DNA of 63,985 nucleotides, counting the filler, from Catajapyx aquilonaris (Eukaryota), in the NCBI GenBank assembly GCA_000934665.2. It is 3 parts of 3 records of this genome, joined end to end, with 100 filler letters (N's around TTAATTAATTAA, not from the genome) between each part and the next. Parts side by side here need not be neighbours in the genome. Positions count along the whole stretch, not along the records: positions 1 to 21,301 come from JYFJ02006099.1; 2 more parts are not named here. One strand, 5' to 3'. The position numbers were made by a program, and so were the translations under genes. Below the pieces are notes generated by a model. The model was not told the DNA's origin and made no database searches. It saw nothing but the letters and a program-made list of their open reading frames with translations. Shown one piece after another: positions 1-12,610 of this stretch; position 1 is the stretch's first letter, and each line of letters opens with the position of its first letter.

Positions 1-3000
1 CAGTACTCTGCCGGTGTAGCCTTTTTCAATGCAACCCGCAAGGCTAAAAACCCGTTCAACCTGGTTCAAACCACTGCCCGCTTCCCTTGACTCTTGCCAG
101 CCCGCCCGACTCGATTCAAACTGATTGGACGTGACGTCACGTCGTAGACCGTAATAAATAAATTTATTACTGCCGTATTTCTAATAATAATAATTGTTTT
201 ATAAAACCGACCGGCGTTGTCGCCACCTACGATTTTTTTCCACCCCCTCGCACTCGCTTGACCCGTGACTCTGATACACCCTGTATATACTTCTAGATGC
301 ATAACTCGCTGTCCCCTTTCCATACAAGCAAAGTGATGCCAATCACGCCCAAAGTAAAGATGGCGTCATCGTTACTTTGGGCGGGGCAGCAGAAGCGGCG
401 GCCTCTGTGCTGATGGGCCGGGGACGTTTCCAGGGGCGCGGGGCATCCCTTGAAGATGCCCAACTACCAAGAGCTAATAACTACGTACAGGCCACCACGG
501 CAGATCGATCCAAGTCGCCCAAAGCCGCCATCTTTGCTTTGGGTGACTGGCACAAACCCCTATAGCACAAACTGGCTTCACTTTTTCTTAGCAGTTATGT
601 ATGTAGAAGTTATAGCAGATGTCTTTGATTTATACAAACTGAATAAAGAAAGGCACCAAGACTGGTCTCACGATGTAATGGATCACTCACTCCAGGTAGA
701 TAAGATATGCAAGGTGTGCGACCTTGTTTGCAGAGCTTCAAACATGAAGATAAAGTGCATATCTCACCTATCATAACGAACTTAGCTTCTGGTAATTGTT
801 ATGGCGTCAATTGCGGAAGTATTGGTGGAATGTTCGTCGTACTACTAGTTAAAAGTAACTAGTAAAATTCCACCCTAATTTTTTAAATATGCAGTTTACT
901 GTGCGAGTGTCCTGTATAGGCTATTACACAGAATGTTGGAATTGACAGTGGAGTAGGGGCTAATGTCACAGCCTTCTAGCTCTGAGCCCCCACGTTCGAT
1001 CCCTGCGCCGGACAAGATTTTTTCATTTTTCATTTATTTAGCAGGATGGGTTCCCCGGGGCACCCGTGACCTATTGTACATTAGCAACTAATGTTTTGAT
1101 AGCTATATACAAGTAACTGTTCCAAAGAGATTGCTTAAAATAAGCAGCTTATGCTAACTGAAACTCAGTGACATCAATTTGACCACACTGCATAAGCGTT
1201 ATAGGCATCTGACTCGTATTATTAGTGTAGTAGCTGTATTGTGGACCAACGAATCTATGCCAAAATTGAACAACTTGGCGTCATAGTGTTGGCATACTTC
1301 CGTCCTAATAAAGTCGAGCCAAGAAAAGTGACTCCAGCTAGACCAGAAGGAGCTGTCAATTATTTCAGACACAATTATGATGGCCCCTGTCACCACTTCT
1401 GGCCGATGTCAAGAGAGCGTTTTTGTCGCTTCCAGCGCTAATTTGACAGAAGGGAAAAGGCCCCGCAGGAAATTAACTCATCTTCCCGAAATTGTCACCT
1501 GCCTCTGGCCCGCCGGCGCGGCGTAGAAAAGTCTGCAGCTCTCGGCTAGATTGCGGTTTACTCGGTTGAAATCCGCCAATCAGCCATCTGAATTCAAATC
1601 GACGTCCTCTCCCGCGTCCGCTTGACAGGTGCTTGGCAGGGTTCCAATAGTAGGTTCCGAACACTTCGGGCGCCACCTTTTTTGATTGGCTCATCCAAAC
1701 AGTCATCTGAGGGCTTCTCCCCGTGGAGAACTCTTGAGGTCGGACTGTCGGAGGATGAACATGCCATATCTAGAATAAGTTGTTTGTAATTCAATGGGAG
1801 TGTTGGACTGTGCGTGATTGTTATTATTATTGAAGAATAGTGCCTGCACATTGGCGCGGGAGTCATTAGCGAATCATAGCCGTTCCAGTATACTGATGTT
1901 GGCTGCTTGTCATTATGACAAGAAATACTAGAGACATGCTAGGGTTTGAGGCGTCTAGGGTGATAGCATTGCTATGGGACGCAAATGCCACTCCTAATCA
2001 GGAGGAGATAATAGAAACTATTCGCTATCGTGAATTGCAAGTCGAGCCCATATGTGACGTTTTCAACTTATTCGAGGAAAATTTATCTTGGAAGGAAACG
2101 GGATATTTTGTATTTTCTGTCAGACAAAAATCCCCCTATATGCAAATGAGGAAAGAGTGATGTGTTGATTAATAAAAGGGCAAACAAACCCCTGCGCCGC
2201 AGCAGCGGCTCATGTGATTCATACGTCCAAATGATAATGATAAGGCTCTCGAGAAGCAGGAAATGATGCCATCCTCGGCAAGGACACCTGCGGCACAATA
2301 AGACCCCACCATGCTGCGAGACGTACACCGCAGCCATGACAACGTCGGCTCCCGGTTGAAAGCGCCGGCACATTTCGAAAAGGGCAACCTGTTGTTGCCC
2401 ATATCGTGTGGCAGTAGGATGGATAGAATAGCTTGCAATCCGTAAATGAATCCGGGATAGATTAGGAGTGGATGGGGCGGAGGGAGTCGATATCTAAAAA
2501 AGGTGGGGAGGTGCGTTGTATGTGGACAGTGCGAGGTTTGGCGCGGCACAATGATGATGTGGAGGCGGTTGTCGCGACGGAGGAGGTCGTCCAGCTTGCC
2601 GTCGGTGGCGGTCAAGAGGGTTCAGTCATGGATGAAGGTACAAGTGACCCGGGGGAATGGGTAGGATGGGACTGTTTGGATAGCACAAATGATTGGTGGG
2701 GTGTTTGGAGGATTGTTTTAGCCTGTATAGAAGACATGCAGTGGGATGGGAAATAGTGAGGCTCAGGTGGTATAATTTGGGTAGCAGAATTTAATACGGT
2801 ACGTGAGAGCCTTGCTACAATTTGTGTGGGACGATTGTGGCTGTGTTGATCCGCCGTTTATTCCTTGAAAGTGTGATATGCAACCGCAAGTGGTTGTTGG
2901 AACAGCGATTGTCTGCGCTTGTATTAAAAGGACTTGTTGACGTGAGTCACTTTTGTCAACTGCAACCGTGTGTAAACTGTGGTTCATTGTTAATATTCCA

Positions 3001-4539
3001 GCTGCAATTTATAAGGCGTTCTGTTCTTTTCCATGTCACCACCATATGACTCAGTTCAGATTGCATGTATTAGTAGGCTGATCTTGACAGGTGTTTTTCA
3101 AGATTGTTATACCTTTTATGTGAAGGCCTTATTTAGAGTAAAACCTAGGTTTTATTCCCCCCCACTCCCGTTCAGGTAGGCGGAAGAGAAGACTTGTCGG
3201 TCGCACTGTTTTCTTTTCGTTCCTTCCTTGCTCTGCTGCAGGGTAACTTAGTCGCCAGTGTATCTGATTTAAGGTGGGGTTGCCATTATGTAACATGACG
3301 TCTAAAGAGCAGTGTTCAAAGGGAGATAAGTTCGTTTTAGGTGTCTTATGTAAGCGTAAGGAGTGCAGGCTGTCTTCTAAACGCTGACCAGGCAAAAGTG
3401 TACGTTGTCTATAATTACCGGTATATCAGTGTTTATACGATATTAGAAGCTGTGTGGGAAATAGAAGCATTATTAAATTTTAAAGCAAATTATCACAGGG
3501 ACGCATGCAGCCTCAGTATCTAACAGCTGCACATTATCAACGTTAATTTTTAGAGTACGGTAGTTTTACACATACTGGACGAAGATGACTATTGGGATGA
3601 TGGTGGCAATTTCTTCAGAATTTGACTTACTGATAACGCGCGACTTACGGCTGTTCCATAAAATTGTGACGCAAATTGGAAGGTTATTAATAATCATGAT
3701 AAGCAGTGTTGGATTAACACCGACGCTGCAGGCGACAAGTAATGTGTAACGATCAATGTTACGAGGAATTAAAATAGCTTGTGTAAGCCTATCCTCCACC
3801 CCCTCGCACACAATTAGACCGAGGAATTGCGTGGTTATTGCGCAATGTGAAATCCTCAAGACATGGCTCCGCTTCTGATAGACCGACGAGAGTCATTGTT
3901 GTTGACAACGGCATTGGTTTTACTCCAACCTTGGGAGTCGCGTATGACCTGGTGGGTGTACCTGCCAATTTTCCAGTTCTATACATGCAAATGGGGGTTT
4001 AAAGATAGAAACTGCGTCAGCCGTGACTTTGCGCAGAGCCAAATGGGAAACGATATGCGGAAAACACCGGTGGCGGCGGATGGTGATGTATGGTGAAAAT
4101 GCGGTCTTGTTGAATGAGATGAAGCCTTGGGCTATACAGTGACAATAACAGTATTGGTACATACTGTCAACATTTGGGGCCGCAAGGCCGGGTATATTGG
4201 GGAATTAATGGTCGCCCTTGCCGCGTTGCTTCTGCGGATATTAAATTGGGACCTGTTGGAGTGGAGCGGTCTTTTCAGCGAAAGTTGTAAAGAATGACGT
4301 CACGTCGGAAGAAATTGTGGAAAGCGGGGAATTGGCTTGTGTTTCTGGCATGTTGACTTTTCTCGAGGGGTTGTGTGTTTGAACGAGTCGACGGGAGTTT
4401 GCTGTGACATAATATACCGGGTGAGTAATAAAAACTCCCTTTATCACGAAGAAAGTTCTACTAACAACTAGTGACATGTCCAGACCTGTCTAAACCAGGG
4501 AAATTTATGAATGATGGCCATAATTTAGATTGATAATAT

Positions 4540-4609
4540 AATTCAGCCCAATTTTAAGTAGTCTACCGCATTCTTAATTGCGGTACACTACTTAAAATTG
4601 GGCTGAATT
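4540..4609. repeat. Short hairpin, 31-bp arms
   Basis: aattcagcccaattttaagtagtctaccgca / tgcggtacactacttaaaattgggctgaatt; one mismatch, 8-nt loop. Confidence 0.85.
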
Positions 4610-4929
4610 GGGTATTAAAATTGCCGTGTGGCGGACTCTCAGGATCGTGGACCAAGTGGTGTTTCATTTTGAAAGCTTGTTGTTATATTTAAGAACATTG
4701 CGTCCTAGTAAATTACGGAAAGGTTGCTATTCTCGCCTCTGCCACAGTATATCTGTATCAACATACAGATAACTGCCATATTAGGGACCTATAAGGCGAT
4801 TGCTGGAGTTATTCAAATTTTTAGCGTGAGGGCGTCATTCCAAGCGTCATTCGTGCGTTGACGTGTATTGGTGATGCGAATATATGAGATATCTTGGAGG
4901 TTATGCAACTCGAGTAAGACGGGGTTGTG

Positions 4930-5230
4930 AAGTGGCCTAACCCGGCAGGATGTTATGTGCCATCCACGAGGAGTTGGTTGATTGCATGGGGGGATCAGGT
5001 CTTCTGACACCCGGAGGGGGCTTTTCATTCCCCGAACTGACTATTTGCCGGCCAGTTCTAGCAGCCCACTCCTGCATGGAACAAATTCGTGGGACAAGAA
5101 CATGGTAGGAAGGGAAGCGAACGGGGAAAACCACAGAAAACCCCATTCAGGACGGTCGGCACCGGGGATCGAAGTCATCGAACCCAGGACCTTCCGAATG
5201 ATAGCGCCTAACCACTAGACTAGACCGCCT
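4930..5230 (-). mobile_element. Degenerate tRNA-derived SINE
   Basis: Reverse-complement A-box (ctagtggttagg) and B-box (ggttcgat) at about 5175-5228, followed by ggggttttctgtggttttcc core; boundaries approximate. Confidence 0.6.
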
Positions 5231-8200
5231 CTGTCATGCACGTGGGACGTCACCATGAAACTAAATTGCAGAAGCACGCTGCTAGCAGAGATTGGGCAGA
5301 AGGACTAAAAGATTACCTATAAAGATTGAGAGGAATGAGATTAACTACCAGTACCGTTTCATACACTGAGTTCATTAGCAGTCGACGTTTTGGTATCCCG
5401 AGCAAGAGTTCGTGTGAGTTTCTGATTTTGGAAGATAGACAATTCATATGGACACCTCGCCATCATGGCCGTATAGTCCAGTAGGAGGTTCTTTTGCATC
5501 TAACAAAAAGTTGAAGTTGCGGTCTTGCCTGGGTGAATTCACGCTAAGTACGGTATAGGAATCACCTTCGCAGGAACGACACAACTACTCACAGTATAAA
5601 CTTGTCACGTCACCTGAAGTTGCCTATGGAATAGGTCTAAAGTAGACACTGGCAACCGGATTAAGGCCACTACCTGGAGGCAAAACTGGATCTTTATTAC
5701 ACTGCATAATTATCCAATGCGAAATGCGAGGTGGAGCTGAGAGTGCGGAAGTTATAGCTGTTTTCAATCGATTAGTATACTTTTCAGTCACCGATAGCAT
5801 TCAATTGATAATCGTCTGAAAAAGTAAGTTGCAATGTGTTTACAGAGTTAGAAAGACTCGGTCTGCTATCTCAGAATCGAGGGGTGCAAGTTCGTTTATA
5901 TTTTGTGCAATCCGTGAATAATGATATGCATAATGCGCGAAGGTTAAAGTCCGAATTTCATTGACATAAGAGTCCGGTCATCAAGTATTTCATGCTGGTA
6001 TAGGGGCCAGGAGGGAGTAGATGCCAGCGTGACGGTCTGCAACGTGGTGATACGGGTTAGTCGGGCGTAAAAATTAAAGTGAAATTAACAGAAATGATCT
6101 AAATTAAATTAAAGTGAAATTAACTAAAATTAAAATAAACATAGGCTCTGCTTGATACCTCTCAAAATTGAATATACTGTATGCAGAGGGAAAGAAAACT
6201 CGAACTTTGGGGGAGACTGTCCCTCAAAAGTGTGGTGTATGGAGAGGGGTTTGACGCACCGTGACTGCGCGTGACATGACTGGTACGGAGTGTCATGTTT
6301 TTTATTGTTGTTTTTTTACAACTGCTAATAGCATACGTTTCTGACACATTTGTAATTGAATATTGGGGGTATTACATTTTAAGACCTGTAAACAAGGCCG
6401 ACAACGTTCAGCCATTTTTCATTTCAATTCATTAATTTCTGGAGACCACGCCCAGTAGTTCGAGTCACATGAAGCGCTCTAATTTCGTAGCCGAGTCAAT
6501 TTGCAGTGTCGGTTACCTAGATCCTAAGCACGATTATATCTTCGGAACTGAGCCCCTGAGAGCCCGATCCAGAGACGATATGGGATAATTGCACATCCCC
6601 GAACAACTCGAGCTTCATTGGGCACGTATATAGGCCTACTTTCGCTCGGCCCCAAAGCCAAGGAACAGCCTGCATATAGAGTTGGGGAGGTGTAAAGCAT
6701 AGGTGGAAGTCATCCACCCTGGGCCATGAATCCGCTACTTGTCCCTTTTTGCCCACCTGATCTGTCTTTCACCCCCTCTCCCCAGTCCACTCCTTGCATC
6801 CACCCCTTATCTACCCTCACCACCGCCACTACCACCCCATCATCGGATCTGGCTGGACAAGAAATGGTGTAGTGGGCGGGTGGTCAGCCTCCCTGCTCAA
6901 GTTGTGAGGGGGGTGTCGGGCCTGGGGAGAGAGACGTGTGAGTGTGTGTAGCCTACTTGACCGAAGCCGGTGATATGTGTGTGGTTCTTGCACGCGGTTG
7001 ATGTCGGCTTCAAACAACAGCCATGGTTCTGACCAGAAGTCACAAGATGAGGTCACTGGCGCTGGTAAGGGCAGTGGTGTTGGGAGGAGTTGATTGTGCG
7101 GGGACTATAGTTAAAGTGTGAAATTATAATTTTTTTGGAGTTGCACAAATCGTGTGCGGCAGGGGGTTTCGGGTCGTATCAGATAGATTTGGCCCCTGCT
7201 GGGCTCATAAGTTAGGACACAGCGGTTCGAATCACATCTCCGTGGTGACTTTTTTATTTTTTAAAACTAGCAAGTGGAGGGGGATTCGTGCAATGGTGAA
7301 TGGACATATCGCACAGTCTTGACATGCAAATTGTGCTGGTCAGCTTCGAATAGCTTATTACTCATGAAGTTGCATTCGTCTGCAATGTGAAATGCTGTTC
7401 GTGACTCACACTGTCACTGTCTTGCCTGGCGTTGGGTCGCAGTAATTTGAGGTCGGGTACTTTGCGTGTAGATATTGTATTTATTTCATTTACATATCGC
7501 TGAAGTGAAACTTGGTCGAATGTGCGACTTAACCTTTCGGGATCGTGACTAGACGACTTGAGATGCTTGTCAGGTATACAATGGGGGTCTTTTTGTTAAC
7601 GACAAGTTGCTGAAGACAACATAATTCCCCCACCTGCTTCTTTCTCGTGTCAGTGAAGAGAAAAATGGCAACTATCCGCATTGTTATATGCTATAACTGC
7701 TTATTTGCCATCGCTTGTGCGATAAAAAGACCGGGTACGCAATCATTGTTGCAAACGCCATCTTCTCACGCCATCGAGTTTAGATGACAAGCAAAGAAAA
7801 AGCCGGATATTGAGTAATAAACTCGTATTCTCATCCCCTCATCATTGACCTATACGTCATGGGCAACTATTACTGCCAGTCCGATAGGTTATCAGTCAAT
7901 CGTGCTGTTGCAATATTTTCTTTCCCGGCATCAGCTTGCACGAAGATATTGGTACGGAAATTTGAGGCGTAATCCGGTAGCGCAAACGAACCTTAATTAC
8001 AGCGAATCATTCCGGTATAGGGCGCCCCAAATCGACCGTCCAGGGTGATGAAAATTTGTCCCGAAAGCGTTTCCCGAACAGAAGTAGCGTGAAACACGAA
8101 TTCCGTACTCAGGCATTATCGGCGCCAGAATATTATAGCTTTTTGTTTTTGGGGGTGGGGAAACAGAAAAAAAAACAGCGGATGAGTAGCCACGCGGATC

Positions 8201-10150
8201 ACGGCATCACGTCCGAGGAGGAAGGGATAAATTGGAACGGATTTGTCGGCGACTCAAGATTTCTTGGATAAAGAACAGGAGCGTGAATATTTGCATTTTG
8301 CAGCTGTTACTTGCAGGCAAAATTATGATAAAAGAGTTCACCCTGTTTCGGAATTCCCAGATTGCAGGAATGCAACATATTACTTTGACATATTTTGAAT
8401 ACGAGTTTAGGGAATGGGGGGTGTGAGAACGAGTTTGAATATTTGGTGCCGATTGGTGGAATTTGGGAATCATGAAATATTTGGTCCCGATTGGTATAGA
8501 ATTAGGGAATCATGGCTGGATGTTGTTATGCAGGGGATGAACGGAATATTGGATTCCCAACTGGAAAATCGTGGCATGTCGAACCCATCTCACCGAGCCC
8601 TGGTTTTAGCATGCGGTGCAGTGGTGGAAAAAACGTGGCGTGTAATTGAAATTAACAGGTGTTCGGAGTGTACCTAATGGGGTTCTTTGCAGCCATGCGC
8701 ATATTGACGGCTTGGAGCATTATTAATGGCATTGCGGAGTAGGGCCGTGGGCATTTACAGGGTTAGACGGAATTCGGAGTGTGTTAGTGCAGACCAATGT
8801 TCTGAACATTTTAAATACTTTTGAGGCACACTTTTTTCAAGTGTTTAATATAGGTAGGAAACAGAAGGATGCGACTGCTATCTTTTTAAAAGGCCATGCC
8901 TTTACGTGCTATTTTAAATGTTGAAAATTCATATTGGGTGCTGTACCTACATGACGTGGATCTTAATGTGTGCACGTAACTTTCAGGGCACGTATCGCAT
9001 TATGCAGTAGGGGCGGAAAAAAAATCGTCGCTCGCAGTTGGGTTTTACCTTGCATTTTGCGCTGTGCAGAAGTTGAATACTTGACGTTTCACAAAATAAA
9101 CTCGGACAAAGTAGAAATTGATTGTATCTACCATTTGAAGTTCCAGTGGGTAGATGCTTTTATTTCCTGATCCAATTGGGGACCAGACCACCACGAGTGT
9201 GCGAGGGAGTGAGGTTTTGGGGGGAAAGCATGCCTTCACTTGGGTCCAAAAACAAGATGAAACAGAAAAAGTATACGCCATGTGTTATAATGTGTGTAAA
9301 ATTTCGCGTACGTGCCAAGAGGCTAAAATGTAGTTTGTTTTTCTGGCGATAAAGTATGTACCATCGCAGCTTCCTGTGCATGCCTTAAGGAAGCGTGAAT
9401 TTTTTTAAATGGTATAATCGGTCATCTTCAGAGACAGTATTCAAGCCATTGTTCTTCGGCTTGTTATTGTGCATCCTGTTTACTGTTTTTTGGAATAGTT
9501 TCGTGGATGAAGAAGCAGGCGTTTTTTTTTTTTTCTTTTTCGGAAACGCAAGAAGGCTCGCGAGGAAGTTATGTCGTGGGTGTCTACGTTGCGAGTTTTG
9601 CGGGTCAATGGAATGCTGCAACGCTGCAAGTGCTTGTGGATAGCGGTTTGCAAAGGCAAGAAAGGGAATTGGAAGCGGTACCTGTCACCGACAAAAAAAA
9701 AAGAGGAAGGGAAATATGAAAAAAAAACTTGGGCTTACACTATTTTAAGACACCCAGCGCATGTTTTTAATTACTGTTTCAGCGATGCAGAACAAAGGAG
9801 CTAATGTGTTGGGCGAGTGTCATCGACTTCGCAAACATCAGGTGACAAAAGAGGCTGGTACCGGTTTCTTTTTTTTTCTTCTTCTCAGATAACTCGCAGA
9901 ACTTCCGGCTGAGCGATATGACGATAAAAAAAAGGCGCTTGAGGGTTCGTAGAACTCAGAAGGGGGGAAATGTGTGGTTTTAGTGGTGGGCTACAGGTGG
10001 TTAGCTTGTGATAAAATTATATTAAGAATGTGATTGATCCTTCAGGAGGATCCTCACTAGATTGGCGCTTTCATGATGAGTAAAATCGGGTTTGTGTCGC
10101 TGCATCACCCGGAAGTAGGGGGATAATATCCCTATCAAGTTTGATCAGCA

Positions 10151-10658
10151 TTAAAGGGACACTCCACTCAAAATGCAAGTTGGGCTCTAAAAATCGGGCA
10201 AAAAATCCGGTTTCCGAAGGTGCAATCGGTTTTTTTCTACGCGGAACGGAAAAGCCAGGACGAGGCGTTAAACTGTTAAAGTCTCAGAATTTGCTTCGTC
10301 TGCTAGTGAGGTGCCCCTCCAGTCCAGTCCGCCCCCGCCGCGCCGCGCCGCCGCCATAGGGCACTCGGCGAAACTGGTGAGGTGTCGTAAGCCGGGTCGG
10401 GTCGGGTCGGGAGGTGGCCAATGAAGCTGTGGCACGGACCAAAGATGGCGCTACGCTGGCACGACCTCTGGCCAATTTCTGCCAAATGCCGGTGGAGGCG
10501 CTGCTGTTTTGCGGCAGATACGAATTGCCGAATTTTGACGGCTCGCCCTGGCCTTACCGTTCGTCTCTCAGAAAAACTGCGTATACCCTCGGAATCAGGA
10601 TTTTCTGCCCGACTTTTAGAGCCCAACTTGCATTTTGAGTGGCGTGTCCCTGCTTTAA
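10151..10658. mobile_element. MITE with long imperfect TIRs and TTAA ends (Kolobok-like)
   Basis: ttaaagggacactccactcaaaatgcaagttgggctctaaaa... / ...ttttagagcccaacttgcattttgagtggcgtgtccctgctttaa; arms over 100 bp. Confidence 0.75.
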
Positions 10659-12285
10659 TTATAATTTGGAAGCTATCCTAAAATAGATGCCAGCATCTTT
10701 GCAGGACAATACACCCATCCTGAAAGAACCTTACGTTAAAAACATTGAACCAACAACAACCGCATGATGCATTTATGGCCCAGGGACGACCTTTTGGCAC
10801 GCTCCACATAACCTTTTACAAGTTATTGCTTTGGTTGCAATGCTACACCGGAACTGGCCGTAAATGTAAGAAGAGACGTGCATCGGTCGGCATTGCGAGT
10901 TGGAATTCCTAATCCTTGAAAAAGACGGATATAGCTAGAAGACCTTGGGGAGACTAAAATGTGTAGGTGTGAACAGGCTAATGCGAACAAAGGTCAGGAC
11001 TTTTGCCATCCCGTGGTGTTTTTTTTTGTGCGTGAAAAAGACTCGTGCCGATTTGGCTAGTGTGGGACAGGAATGGGTGATTGGGTCACTTGGAGGAATT
11101 GCACAGCTGGGGAAGAATAGAGGTGTGAGGAGTGGGAAGGTGGGTGGATGTTAATGTGGAAAAAAAAAGTCAAAGGGGGGTGAAAAGAATTGAGAGTTCA
11201 TTAGCGGCTTCCCGTGTGTTCATTGCGACAAGGGAGCGACAAAAAAAAAAAAAAAAAAAAGCTGGGTGCTCACTATGTCTGGAACTCTCGTTTTTTCTTC
11301 CATCCTTTTATTTAGCAGGGGCCATAGATTAGTATCGTGGTTTTGACAGTGCTCAAGAGCTTCTTGCACGTGATGGGAGCGCAAGACGGTGCCAAAGGGT
11401 TTTCCTTCCTATTCGTCACGAACTCGTGACCCACTTGGTTTGAAGTACTTGACGTCATAGGCGGCAACAGTGCAGTTTTTCATTGTGTGACGTCGGCCAT
11501 GCGAGAGCTTTCCTGTGGAAGCTATTTTAGAAGATAGTGGTGGTGGGATTGGTGTAGGATGAAGTGATCAGGTCCAGGCTAAGGGTTATTCAATGATATG
11601 GGCTCTTAGGGAATCCTCTTTCAATTCTCTACTTTGTTATTAGATCTCTGCTCTGCTGATGGATTTTGATAGCGGGAGGAAATGGGAGAACCCTGAGAAA
11701 CCTAACTCGGAACATGAAGACAGCACATCAAAACTCTTTCCACATGAGAAATTATCAGTACGACCCCCTTGGGAATAATGAGTTTACTAATATATGCATT
11801 ATGAGTGCCATTGTGTAAACGAGCCACGGGATGTTACTAATAACACAGTTATTGTGTATTCCCAAATTATTGGTACCCTGATCCCAATCTGCACATTTTG
11901 CCTCATTTCTGACTTTATTTTGAAAATTCAAGTACAGTAAATTAATTCAAATTGCATGGCATATGTTTATACCTTGTACTGCTTTAGTATTATTTTTAAT
12001 TATGAGGGGCTTTCTCCAAAAAATTGTGCTTTGTCATGTTGGTTATTAACCCTTAATTACACAATCTTGTGGACCACGCCCTATAAATCACTTGGTACAT
12101 GCATAGAAGGAGCTACATTATTCATAATGGTGGGTGTCGCGTATAGAAAAAGGAGTAAATTATGCGAATCCATGAACAAGTTTTACTTTTTGCTCATTCC
12201 AATCATTATGACCATTAGGCTGTTTATAACATGTGACTAGAAGAGTATGAAGTTGCTAATTATGAACCAATTTGTCATGTTTCAG

Positions 12286-12610
12286 GGTGACTATATTCAA
12301 CACCCAGCTCTGTACGAGCTGAGTCACAAGTATGGCTTGCAGGCTGATATGGCAGATTCAGCTCTGCCTCAGAAACTTGAGGAGCTCAAAGAGCATATTC
12401 GGAAGGAAATTCGCAAGGAGCTCAAGATCAAGGAAGGGGCTGAGAAATTGAAGGAAGTGACTACAGACAAGAAGTGCATGGCGGATGTTACTAGCATTGT
12501 GAAGAAGGCCAATGCTAAGCTTGCTGAACTGCATGCAGAGCTTCAAGAATTGGATTCTCAGATCATCCTCAGCCAAGGACAGGGGACGCCCACTCTCAGC
12601 AATGGACAAG
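12286..12610 (+). CDS. Pkn: Protein kinase N (PKN/PRK) internal exon encoding the HR1a Rho-binding repeat; rest of gene not found in this contig
   Basis: Translates GDYIQHPALYELSHKYGL...LEELKEHIRKEIRKELKIKEGAEKLKEV...LQELDSQIILSQG, matching the insect Pkn N-terminus/HR1 as remembered. Acceptor tttcag| at 12285 (phase 0); donor AAG|gtattt at 12611 (phase 1). Confidence 0.92.
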
